Assembly: GCA_013239625.1 (NCBI GenBank)
Contig: MU056050.1
Location: 5,651,366 to 5,715,365 of the forward strand
From: Lama guanicoe
Taxonomy: Eukaryota
DNA length: 64,000 nt
Direction: 5' to 3'
A program made the position numbers and the translations under genes. Every line of letters begins with the position of its first letter. Positions within the stretch are counted from its first letter, which is position 1. Below are positions 37,260 through 49,300 of the stretch, piece by piece. The notes under the pieces were generated by a model. That model saw only the letters and a list, made by a program, of their open reading frames with translations. It did no database searches and was not told where the DNA came from.

Positions 37260-40200
37260 CCCACACTGCTGAGGTGGAATTCAGACTCTTCTATGATTTT
37301 ATTATGTTTTTATTAGTCTTGAACAAGTTACCATGCTACTCAGTTTTGCTATTGTTGTTATGTTTTATTTTGTTTTTCCTGAATTAATATCTTTTATGAT
37401 TGAATATGGGCAAAGAAATAAGAAAAGGTATAGTCTTCCTCCAAACAACTTTTATTCTGATTTGGAAATGTGTGTGCGTGCATATGTATATTATATATAT
37501 GTGCATATGTATGTATATAAAATGCCTGGTTTACCACTTACGACATGGTCTAGTGATATAAATACAGATTCTCAAAGTCTTCACTGGGGGTTATTATGTG
37601 GAAGGCAAACAACAGTCAACTGAATAAGCTAGACTAGCTGTGAGATCTTTTCTTTAAAACCTCCTATATCTATGTCATGAACTGGGCAATTTTCCACTAA
37701 GTTTAAACAGGTTTTCCAAGAGTCCAGGTTACCATCCACACACACCACAAATTTTACAATATATAGTAACCAATCCTGTAAGGCATTGAAAAAGAATAGA
37801 ACATAAAAGTCACTTTATGCTCTCAGGGAATTTCTGAGTAAGTGCACCTTTTGACAACAGTGTGGGAAATAAAGTATACCTCTATTTTCTTTCAAGTCCA
37901 GAGTTCTGTCATTCTATTCTCCACATAATCTAAATCAAAGTAAATATTTAATGTAAAAGATTCAATCCCCCAACATTTACCAATCTTTTTTGAGAACTTT
38001 AGTATGTTTAATTTTGTCACCCTAATAGGTGGTCAGAAAATAAAAACAAATAAAAATGCCATTATGTAACTTCTAATGGGCCAGGAATACTTTTTCTTCA
38101 GTAGCAGGCTGTCATGTGATTATTAATAATTTTATACTTTAATAAAAAATAAGCAAATGCCAACTGGGGAAATCAGAAGACCAATGAGGAAAATACCACC
38201 ACTCATTCACTACAGTTTTGTTAGATGAATTTGTTACAGATGTGACTTTATTTCACAATATCTGCATTTAAGGAATGTCTTGCTTCATCACATTTTAAAA
38301 TTATGCAGTCTGCCCAAATGGTCCATTAACCATGGTGTTCATCATTTTGGGGACATGTCCCCCAACCCTCACAGGATTATACCAGAATCCCATGCTTATG
38401 TGTTGACTTGAAACTGAGGGGTGATACAAGTCCATAGTACATAACAGCTATCATCTTTCAGTCTTATCTTAAGGAACACAATTCTGTGTTAAGGAGACCA
38501 ACCATGTTAATTCAGTCATTTGCTGTGATGGATTCAGCTTGCTTCCTATAATAGTCTGCTTAACTGGCCAAAGATTCACTCACACAGAGTCTCCCCATTG
38601 TTCTCAAGTCCATGACACATACGGTCAAGCCTCTACAGTCATTCTGTAGTAATTATACCTCTAAAGGTCTGTGAGCAAGTAGATTCCTTTTTCTTTGCTC
38701 CTGGAAACATTAAAGATACCTCTCAGACTTAGGAAAGCTTTCCAAGAAAGCTCCACTCTCAGAGCTAATCCACTTCCTCCATATACTGGAACTTCCCCTC
38801 TTAAACAATCCTTCCAGAAAATAAGGTTTCTGAAAATCAAATGGCCCTGATGGTGGTCACCATCTGCATTTCTGGTAACTACCTCTTTCGTAAACACAAA
38901 ATGCAAGCGTCCTCCATTCTCAACACTGGCCTGACAAAACCCCCAAATTTTGGCTCTTTTTTCAGGATAGGGAAAGAAAAAAATGTCCATCTCAGTAAGA
39001 ATAATATAGAAGTCAGTATCATAATACATTATTCTGTCACATATAAGTCACTGAATGTCATGGAGAAAAATACAACTCAGTTTAACATCTACTGCATGGA
39101 AGAAAAAATTTACAAAGGTATGTATTATGGTTTAGCATATGCTTCTATTCTCAAAGTTGTTTTTACTATTATTGTTGTTAAAGTAAGAAAGATCCTGACT
39201 TGATTGGAGCAATTAATTTTAAAAATTACTTACTTTACTTTTATATCAAAAGGGGCAAATTCAGCAAATATGTGTATTTCCTAACACCTGATAAAGTCTG
39301 AAAATACTAGTTGAACAACTATATAATTAGTTTTAGGACTAGAAGTATAATCAGGAGCTTTAAATTTCTTGTAAATTTCTTGCACGCACCAGAGCCTAAT
39401 CTTGAAAGTTCAAACAGCTCTGTACATATGTGCATATCTATCAGTGGACTTGCGTCAGTGAATATGGCAAGAATGTTTACATTTGAAAGTCAGATTTGAA
39501 AAATGAGGTTCTAAATGTTTCAGTGCCCCGTATCTATTACTTAATCTTTGAAAATTAAAATTATACTCCCTTTAAATTTGTCAACTAGAGCAAGGCAGCA
39601 CTTTTAACAAATTTTATCATACACAAAAGTTCTCTTCTGTTAAATTATGCCAACATCGCCATCACAAAAATTATGACCTGGAGACAAGATGTCAGCCAAA
39701 GCAACCTTACAAGTGAAAGCGTGTTTTGCTGTTCTGACATACTGTCAGCTTGCGCATTCAGAGTAGCAAATTCTGCTTAGCACTGTCCATAAATGGTGGA
39801 AACTAATTATGATCCATAATTGTATTTGAGGTGATAAAACCCAAGTCCTCAAAATCAAAGGAAATGGCTTAAAGGGTGAGGTGAACAGGTCAAACCAAAA
39901 ATGCAAACTAGACCAATGCAGCCTCTTCCCACCTGGGAAGATTTTAAGCCTAAAGGGCTGAGCTCTGCAAGTTTCATGTACATTTCAGCAAGGCAAGACA
40001 ATGGGGCATCAAGAATTCCTCAGTTGGAGATTGAAGTCTCCCAGTTCAAACAAAGCTCTGAAGCCACACAGCCAATTGCAGGACATCTGAAGAGACAAAG
40101 ATGAAGAGAGATCAAAGGAGTGGCTGAGTCCTAGTTTCAGATATTTCATTGTGAGAAAAGGGAAGAGAAGTAGGCCAATTACATAAGGAATGCTCATACT

Positions 40201-40789
40201 CACTTTCAAGCTCTGTCTCCAACTCATGCTTGTTCTTTTTCTCTTTGTTAGAATACCACCCTGTATTATCCTGAAGGAAAGGAGCACAGGCTATTCAACT
40301 ACAAACGTCCTGGACAAGACTCATTTATATTCTTTGACTTTCCCCAGGCAACTTGGCCATGGTCAGCATTCCAGAAGCAGATACAGGGCTCAAAAGCAAA
40401 AGTGAGAAGGAATAGCTAAGGGCAAGAACAGTTTGATTATTTTGAGATGTTAAAACACAGCAGGGACTTCCTCTTGGCATGGTAAGAGCCTACAAAGATG
40501 GCATGTCTGTTCAATTTTAACTTTCACAACCTAGAAAAGAGAGACAGAGTCTAGATAGGTTCAAAATGAAGAAAAAAGATAATTAAAGAAATGGATATGG
40601 GAGATGTGAGATGAGAAATGATTATACACAAAAAACGGTCTACCAAGTTAACCTTTTGGATAGAATAAAGAAATCAATGAAATTGCTAGGGTAACTAATT
40701 TTACTAAAGGAAATAATTAGCTGTTTTAGGCAGGTATATATTCCGACTCATATAATTACAGCCAAAGTGAGGGCATCTCTTCTATAATG

Positions 40790-40938
40790 CTGTATTTTTT
40801 CAAAATGCATTTCATAGGACACTTTCTCAAAATCCTCTGAATTGCTGGTTAAAAAAATATATACTGTGAGACTCCTTCCCAAACTCTCGAACTGGAATCT
40901 CTGGAAATTGGGGGGAAAGAAGTCAGGATTTTCACACA
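40790..40938 (+). mobile_element. MER5-like MITE, left part (right part ~46062-46110)
   Basis: 'gaactggaatctctggaaattgggggg...ggattttcacaca' and the distal 'aggtaattctgattctcaattacatttgaaaatcatt' resemble consecutive parts of MER5. Confidence 0.5.
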
Positions 40939-40944
40939 ATAATC

Positions 40945-41737
40945 ATCATTATTTGTCATTTTCATTGGGCTGACATTTGCTCTGATGGTGCCTTGAATCC
41001 AGGTACTAGCAGCACATAGTACTATTAGTCACTATATTCTTCACTGCCATTCATTTTCAATAAATTCAAAACAAAAGTTTCACTTAATAATCTCCCTGGT
41101 CAAGCAATAAAATTATTGATTTTATTAAATATTGAACCTTGAGTATGTGTCTTTTAAATACTCCACGGGACAAAATGCACAATCTGCATAAAGCACTTCT
41201 GACATGCCGAAGTATAACGGTTGTCACAAGGAAAAGCATTTGTTTTACTGTTTGAGTTGCAAGCCCAACTAGCTCCTTTTCTCATTGGACACTATTTTCA
41301 CCTGGAAGATGAACTATGATTATTCAGACTTGTTTATTTCTTGAGAAATTAATAAACTGAGACTGCCACTTCAAGGAAAACAAGAGACGGTATTTGTTGC
41401 CAATGATATTATTCTAGCTTTCAAGGGAAAATTTAAATTTTATGAAGTGTGTATCTGCAAATGTGAGCATGGCAGTTTCCTACTCTTAAAGACTGTTCTA
41501 ATAAGATCAGTGGATATCAATAAACATTATTGTTAATACTGTATAATAAAATATGTCCACATTCAGAAGACCTGTATAACTCAGTGAATTAAAATATTCC
41601 AAATGAACAATAAATGATATTATAAAATCATGCAGGAGGAAAAGGTCCCACTCAGAGTGCAGAATAAACCATAGAATGTTAATGAGACAGGGTATGTGAT
41701 ACGATAACTAACCTGTAAAAAAATTCCCTCTCATTGA
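40945..41737 (+). mobile_element. Charlie1-type hAT DNA transposon, transposase remnant (part 1)
   Basis: 'cataaagcacttctgacatgccgaagtataacggttgtcacaaggaaaagca' (decayed HTEVRWLSRGK-type motif), 'cacttcaaggaaaacaa', 'aactcagtgaattaaaatattccaaatga'. Confidence 0.88.
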
Positions 41738-43369
41738 TGACACAAACAGATGGAAAAGTAAAGCATGTCCTTGGATTTAAAGTATCAATATTATTAAAAT
41801 GACTATAATATCCAAGCAATCTAAAGATTCAATGCAATCCCTAAAATAATACCAATGATACTGTTCACAGAACTAGAAAAAAATAATTTTAAAATTTGTA
41901 TGGAAACACAAAAGACCCTAAATACCCAAAACAATCTTGAGAAAGAGGACAAGAGCTGTAAGAATCATGCTGCCTGACTTCAGACTATTCTACAACGCTA
42001 CAGGAATCAAAACAGTGTGTCATCGGCACAAAACAAGACTCACTGATCAATAGAACAGAAGAGAGAGCTCAGAAATAAAGCCACATTCTTATGGTCAATT
42101 AATCTATGACAAAGGAGGCAAGAGTATACAAAGGAAAACAGATAGTCTGTTCAATAACTGGTGTGGGAAAACAGGACAGCTATATGTAAAAGAATGAAAT
42201 TAGAACAATCTCTAACACTATATACAAAAATAAACTCAAAATGCTCAAAATGGATTAAAGATCTAAACCTAACACTGGATACTCTAAAAATTCTAGAGTA
42301 AAACACAGATAGAAGAAATAAAAGCTTTTGCACATTAAAGGAAACCATCAATAAAATGAAAAACCAACCTACTAAATGGGAGAAAATATTTTCAAATGAT
42401 ATGACCAATAAGGAACTAATATCCAACACATATAAACATCTCATAAATCATCACAAAAACTCAACTGAAAAATGGGCAGTAGAATTGAATAAACATTTTT
42501 CCAAAGTTGAAATGCAGATGGCCAACAAGCACAAGAAAGCATGCTCAACATCACTAACCAGGGAAATGGAAACAGAAACCACAGTAAGATATCACACCAT
42601 ACCAGTCAGAGTGATAATCATCAAAAAGAACAAAAAGAACAAATATTGGCAAGAATGTGAAAAAATGTATCCCCTGAACAATGTTGGTGGGATTGTAAAT
42701 TGGTGCAGCTACAATGGAAAACAGTATGGAGATTCCCACAAAACTAAAAGCAGAACTACCATATGACCCTGCAATTCCACTCCTGGGCATATAACCGAAA
42801 AAACCCAAAAACACTAATTTGAAAAAACGCCAGGACCCCAATGTTCACAGCAGTATTATTTACAACTGCCAATATGGAGATGCAACCTAAGTGTTCATCA
42901 ACAGATGACGGGACAAATAAGATGAGGTATTATATACACACAATGGAATACTACTAACCCATAAGAACAACATTTTGCCATTTGCAGCAACATGGATATA
43001 CGTGGAGTACATTATGCTAAGTGAAATGAGTCAGACAGAGAAAAGACAAATACTGTATGATATAATTTCTATGTGGAATCTAAAAACTCCAACAAGCTAG
43101 TGAATACAACAAAAAAGCAGCGGACTCACAGAGAACAAACTAGTGTCTATGAGTGGGGTAGGGGAGGGGCAATATAGGGGTGGAGTGTAGGGAGGTACAA
43201 ACTACTGGATGTAAGACAGGCTCAAGGATGTATTGTACAACGTGTGGAATATAGCCAATATTTTGTGATAACTAAATTGAAAGCAACACTTAAAAACTGT
43301 ATGAAATAAATCAAAATGTTAAAAATACATTGCATACAATAAATTTACACATTATATGACAATTATATC
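41738..43369 (+). mobile_element. Older 5'-truncated LINE-1 inserted in the Charlie element
   Basis: ORF2 remnant 'MKNQPTKWEKIFSNDMTNKELISNTYK'; 3'UTR and A-rich end; tail region continues at 45653-45690. Confidence 0.93.
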
Positions 43370-43382
43370 TCAATTAAATTAA

Positions 43383-45639
43383 TTTATTTTTATTTTTTTT
43401 AATTTTTTTTTACATTTTTATTGATTCATAATCATTTTACAGTGTTGTGTCAAATTCCAGTGTTCAGTACAATTTTTCAGTCATACATGGACATATAAAC
43501 ACTCATTGTCACATTTTTTTCTCTGTGATTTATCATAACATTTTGTGTATATTTCCCTGTGCTATACAGTGTAATCTTGTTTATCTGTTCTACAATTTTG
43601 AAATCCCAGTCTATCCCTTCCCACCCTCTACCCCGCCCCTCCCCGGTAACCACAAGTCTGTATTCTCTGTCCATGAGTCCATTTCTGTCCTGTATTTATG
43701 CTTTGTTTTTGTTTGTTTGTTTGTTTTTGTTTTTTAGATTCCACATATGAGCGATCTCATATGGTATTTTTCTTTCTCTTTCTGGCTTACTTCACTTAGA
43801 ATGACATTCTCTAGGAGCATCCATGTTGCTGCAAATGGCATTATGTTGTCGGTTTTTATGGCTGAGTAGTATTCCATTGTATAAATATACCACATCTTCT
43901 TTATCCAGTCACCTGTTGATGGACATTTAGGTTGTTTCCATGTTTTGGCTATTGTAAATAGTGCTGCTATGAACATTGGGGTGCAGGTGTCATCCTGAAG
44001 TAGATTTCCTTCTGGGTACAAGCCCAGGAGTGGGATTCCTGGGTCATATGGTAAGTCTATTCCTAGTCTTTTGAGGAATCTCCACACTGTTTTCCATAGT
44101 GGCTGCACCAAACTGCATTCCCACCAGCAGTGTAGGAGGGTTCCCCTTTCTCCACAGCCTCTCCAGCATTTGTCATTTTTGGATTTTTGAATGACGGCCA
44201 TTCTGACTGGTGTGAGGTGATACCTCATTGTAGTTTTGATTTGCATTTCTCTGATAATTAGTGATATTGAACATTTTTTCATGTGCTTTTTGATCATTTG
44301 TATGTCTTCCTTGGAGAATTGCTTGTTTAGGTCTTCTGCCCATTTTTGGATTGGGTTGTTTATTTTTTTCTTATTGAGTCGTATGAGCTGCTTATATATT
44401 TTGGAGATCAAGCCTTTGTCGGTTTCACTTGCAAAAATTTTCTCCCATTCCGTAGGTTTTCTTCTTGTTTTATTTCTGGTTTCCTTTGCTCTGCAGAAGC
44501 TTGTAAGTTTCATTAGGTCCCATTTGTTTATTCTTGCTTTTATTTCTTCTAGGAGAAAATTTTTGAAATGTATGTCAGATAATGTTTTGCCTATGTTTTC
44601 CTCTAGGAGGTTTATTGTATCTTGTCTTATGTTTAAGTCTTTAATCCATTTTGAGTTGATTTTTGTATATGGTGTAAGGGTGTGTTCTAGCTTCATTGTT
44701 TTACATGCTGCTGTCCAGTTTTCCCAACACCATTTGCTGAAGAGACTGTCTTTATTCCATTGTATATTCTTGCCTCCTTTGTCGAAGATGAGTTGACCAA
44801 AAGTTTGTGGGTTCATTTCTGGGCTCTCTATTCTGTTCCATTGGTCTATATGTCTGTTTTGGTACCAATACCATGCTGTCTTGATGACTGTAGCTCTATA
44901 GTATTGTCTGAAGTCTGGGAGAGTTATTCCTCCAGCCTCTTTCTTTCTCTTCAGTAATGCTTTAGCAATTCTAGGTCTTTGATGGTTCCATATAAATTTT
45001 ATTATGATTTGTTCTAGTTCTGTGAAATATGTCCTGGGTAATTGGATAGGGATTGCATTAAATCTGTAGATTGCCTTGGGCAGTGTGACCATTTTAACAA
45101 TATTGATTCTTCCAATCCAAGAGCATGGAATATCTTTCCATTTTTTAAAGTCTTCTTTAATTTCCTTCATCAATGGTTTATAGTTTTCTGTGTATAATTC
45201 TTTCACCTCCTTGGTTAGATTTATTCCCAGATATTTTATTACTTTGGGTGCTATTTTAAAGGGGATTGTTTCTTTACTTTCTTTTTCTGTTGATTTATCG
45301 TTAGTGTAAAGAAAGGCAACTGATTTTTGAACATTAATTTTGTAACCTGCTACCTTGCTGAATTCTTCGATCAGCTCTAGTAGCTTTTTTGTGGACCTTT
45401 TAGGGTTTTCTATATATAGTAACATGTCGTCAGCATATAATGACACTTTTACCTCTTCTTTTCCAATTTGGATCCCTTTTATTTCTTTCTCTTGCCTGAT
45501 TGCTGTGGCTAGGACTTCCAGGACTATATTGAATAGGAGTGGTGATAGTGGGCATCCTTGTCTTGTCCCAGATTTTAGTGGGAAGCTTTTGAGTTTTTCA
45601 CCGTTGAGAACTATGCTGGCTATAGGTTTGTCATATATA
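43383..45639 (-). mobile_element. Very young 5'-truncated LINE-1 with 13-bp TSD
   Basis: T-rich tail at 43383-43411; TSD tcaattaaattaa at 43370-43382 and 45640-45652; same subfamily as 27692-35217. Confidence 0.98.
43734..45638 (-). pseudogene. Uninterrupted C-terminal half of L1 ORF2 (634 codons, no promoter or native start)
   Basis: The 570-aa track ORF extends upstream by 64 open codons (IYDKP...[21 protein letters not shown]...); contains YADD and the CWRGC...HCWWEC motif. Confidence 0.95.
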
Positions 45640-45690
45640 TCAATTAAATTAAAACTGTATGACCCCCAAGTAAATTTAAATTTAAAAAAT

Positions 45691-46062
45691 TAATACCTTT
45701 TGAGTATCTAAGAATATCACCAATCATCTATAAAGACTATAAACTGTTACCTCTCTTTCCAACTATGTCTCTGAGTGAGGCTGGATCTGTTTTCCCTATA
45801 CTTCAAACAAAATAACATACTGCCACAGATTACGTGGAGAAAAACATATGACTGCATAGCTGCCTTCTGATACACCACATATTAAAGAGAATTGCAAGGG
45901 AAAAAAATCTGCATTATTTTACTTTACTGTTTTGGAAAATAAGATTAGTTTTCATAAAACTATGTTATTTAGGTAATTATGCAATGCATAATAATTTAGG
46001 AGGGGTCGTCATAATTTTTAAGAGTATAAAGGGATCATAAAACCAAAGCTTGAGAGCTGCCT
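45691..46062 (+). mobile_element. Charlie1-type hAT transposon (part 2, 3' end)
   Basis: 'tttccaactatgtctctgagtgaggctggat' (FPTxYLCEAGFS-like hAT dimerisation motif); ends 'aaaccaaagcttgagagctg'. Confidence 0.85.
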
Positions 46063-46934
46063 CTCTAGGTAATTCTGATTCTCAATTACATTTGAAAATC
46101 ATTAGTCTAATGCTAAAGCTATCAACACATGGAAATGTTTTAATAAGAGTATTGGTGTAAGCCCTTACCATCTAGTCTTCACCAGCATGTAGTTCTTCAG
46201 AGATATTTGTAAAGTTTAGTCACAGATCTCCTCAAAGTAAGGTGGAGGAGGAGTTGGGAACCCTCAAGATTCCTCCCAGTTGTCTTAATCTCAATCAGTT
46301 CATCTGAAATAGCTTCAATCTATATTTAGTTTCAATGTATTTTTAAATACACTTATCAACAAGAAATTTATTCAAAGTAAATTATATATCTTGATCATGT
46401 TTCACAATCAAATAAATATAAACCCTCCTGTATACAGAAACTTTTAAGAACTGCTTGGTAGACACAAACACTATATTTGAATTTCATTCTACGCTGGTTT
46501 CTGCAGAGTTGCTTAATTATACAGCTAGCCAGTCAACAGGGGTTCAGGGTAGATAAAAGCTCTGCTGAGAAATAAGAGAGAAAAACACTCATTGGATACC
46601 AACTCTATGCCAGCCTCTCTGCCAGGCATGTGTTTCTTTCCTCCTAGGGCGATAAAGTCTAGTGAGCAAAAGATGTTTCCAGAATCTTCCCTCTGACTAT
46701 CTGTTCTGTTGTTAAATCTGTTCCTATAGTTGACACAGAAATCTGGGAACAAGCTAACTTTTAAAATTTAGGAACCATCACTCCCATTGTATTATACGGC
46801 TGCTAGGACTTTTCTTTCTCTTCCCCTGCACACAGTAAACCCTGGTACCGCAATTAACTTCATTATGGCACAATATGGTTGTAGGATAAATTGGCAAATC
46901 TAAACAAAACAAGTTTATATCAAGATTATGAAGC

Positions 46935-47122
46935 CCTGCTACATGGTGACTAAAATCATAGGTTTTTGATCAGAGCCAAATTTGAATCATCTCTTCCACT
47001 TAGTATACAGGTGGGTCCCACTAATAATCATACCTGGCTCACTCTTCTGACCAGCAAACAAGATACTCATCTCAAGCATATAGAACAGTGTTTAGCATGA
47101 AGTGCCCAGTAAATGACAGCAC
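46935..47122 (+). mobile_element. MIR fragment
   Basis: 'tttgaatcatctcttccacttag...agcatatagaacagtgtttagcat...cagtaaatgacagc'. Confidence 0.6.
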
Positions 47123-47374
47123 TCCTGTGTTTCTTTTTTTAAAAAAAAAACTAACTTACTGTAAATATCTTTGCTTTAACACATAAACTCTGACAGATCA
47201 CCATACATTATTCATTTTATCTTTCAGAGAATAGCAGTTAAAAACTTTCAGTTTTTGCCTCCCATACCTCTGAAATACATGCAACCAAGTTACACATGTT
47301 AGTGTCTGGAAATTGGTAAAATACATTCATGACGTGAAAACCACACCAAGACCAAGAAGAAGGCATACTGTGTG

Positions 47375-47500
47375 TGACTTTGCCTTTTCACAGATGAAGA
47401 AATAGGGAGCTCAGAAAAATTAAATGACGTAGCTAAGGTCACACAGGTAGTAAATAATGGAATCACAAGTCAAACCCACCTCTGTCTGATGCTGCCGCCA
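47375..47500 (-). mobile_element. MIR fragment
   Basis: 'ttcacagatgaagaaatagggagctcagaaaaattaaatgacgtagctaaggtcacacagg'. Confidence 0.8.
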
Positions 47501-48559
47501 TGTTGTTTTAATCTTTAACTGACAAGGATCAATAAAGCTCAGAATAATGGCAGGTACTCCTGAAAAGACCATTCATCAAAGGAAACATCAAAGAGCAATT
47601 CAATTTGATTCACTAGTGCAGACACACTGGGCAACAATGTAGATTTAGATAGTCTAAAAATGAATGTCAGTAAAAAGAGAAACAAAATTGTTTCCACTAG
47701 TTTTTAGACAATTAACAAGGAAATAATTTGAATTCCTCCATTTTCCATCATTTTGTTTGGTCGAGGCTGTGCCCCATGTTTCTCCCCGGACTGTGAAAGA
47801 AGCTCTAAGAAAGAACAGGGAAGTATCGAACTTGATGCAGTGCGACAATCACAGAAGCACTTTAATCAGGAGGCACTTTGAACTTTTATCCTGAAAGCTG
47901 AGAAAAAACGTTGAGTTGTGTGATTGGTGTAAACAACCTTTGATTTTGTAGGGCCCTAAGAAGCCATCTGAGATCCTTTCATGGAGGATGAAGTAAGAGG
48001 TAGGCAGTAATTGCTTTGGCATCCTTCAGGAAAAGTCAATAATGAGTATGAGTGAAGGGTCAAGGAAAAAATAACAGACCCACGCTGGGGTTTATCAGAG
48101 AATGCGAAATTCAGACTAAAGAGAATTTGATCAATTGTAAAGTGGAGGATTGCTCTTTGTCTCCTTGGCAGTGATTAGGGAAACGTGATGCATCTTACAA
48201 ATAAGGAAAGGGCCAAAGTGACAGTAATATCATAAAATACCCAACCCCAGGATAGATTTATCTTCTAAAAAGTACAATAAAGCTTCAGTAAGGGAGATGC
48301 TAAGGGAATGGTGTGTTGTAGCTAATTAAATTGCTGTGCAAGTGAAGCTTGATCTGAGGTTTTCTTTAATCAATCCTGGCTAGTGAACATATTTGAACCT
48401 ATCTTTGCTAAGGAAGGCTGGTGCAAAGCCTTAGGGCTGTCATACTGTATGCCACTGCCCAAAGTCCAAGCCTATGGAAAATGGGATTTTCACCTCCAAG
48501 TATTTTTGTCATATACAAATCGAATTTATTAGTATTACTTTGTTCGATCTTTCTACTTC

Positions 48560-49300
48560 TCTTCTTTTCTCTCTCTCAGTCTGTGTGTCAAATTCACCAT
48601 GTCTTGTCCAGTCAACCTCATGTATCTTTCTCACTTTCTGAATATCTGCCCGTATCCATTCTATTCCCATGACCACCTCCTCATTTCTCTCCTGGTCTAA
48701 AACAACAGGCAACTATTTCTTCTTCGTTCTTCTTAACTCCTCTAGTCCAGCCTCCATACTGCACCAGAGGTATCTCTCTAAGCTGCAAATAAAGCCATGA
48801 CTTGCTGCATTTGAAGGTTCTTCAGTAACTCTCCATTGTCCTCCAGAGATGGTCTAAATGCCTTAACCTGACACACATTCTGAATGATCTAGCTTTCTGC
48901 CTGCTGGTCCAACTGCCTTTTCTGCCACCGTCCAGGTCTAACTGTGTAGTGCAGTCCTACTGAACGACCTGCAGTTCTTACTGTATTATATGCCTTTCCC
49001 CCTCATATTTCTCCTCTGCCTAGAGTGCCCTGGGCCCCTTTTCTACCCCTTCACTAGGCCTACTTTTGTTAATACTTCAAAATTAACTTCTTACGTCACC
49101 ACCTCAGGACCCCTTCCCTGATATCCCCATAATCGTCTGTCCTATGTATTCCATAACATCCCATGCTTGGGTCCACACTCAAAACATTGCATTGAAATTA
49201 TTCACTGATCTACCCATCTGATTCTAATTTGAATGCAAAGACTGTGTCCTTTGTAAGTATGCCCATTGCCTACTACTAAGTTTATGAATGAATAAATTAA
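48560..49300 (+). mobile_element. LINE-2 3' fragment
   Basis: 'ctccatactgcaccagaggtatctctctaagctgcaaat...ctccattgtcctccag' through the terminal 'tttatgaatgaataaat'. Confidence 0.8.

Noticed and set aside
44236..45693. Hydrophobic membrane-protein-like ORFs (also 128-517, 16109-16441, 31172-31672, 57139-57468)
   Set aside because: Antisense frames of A-rich L1 ORF2, a common source of spurious predictions.
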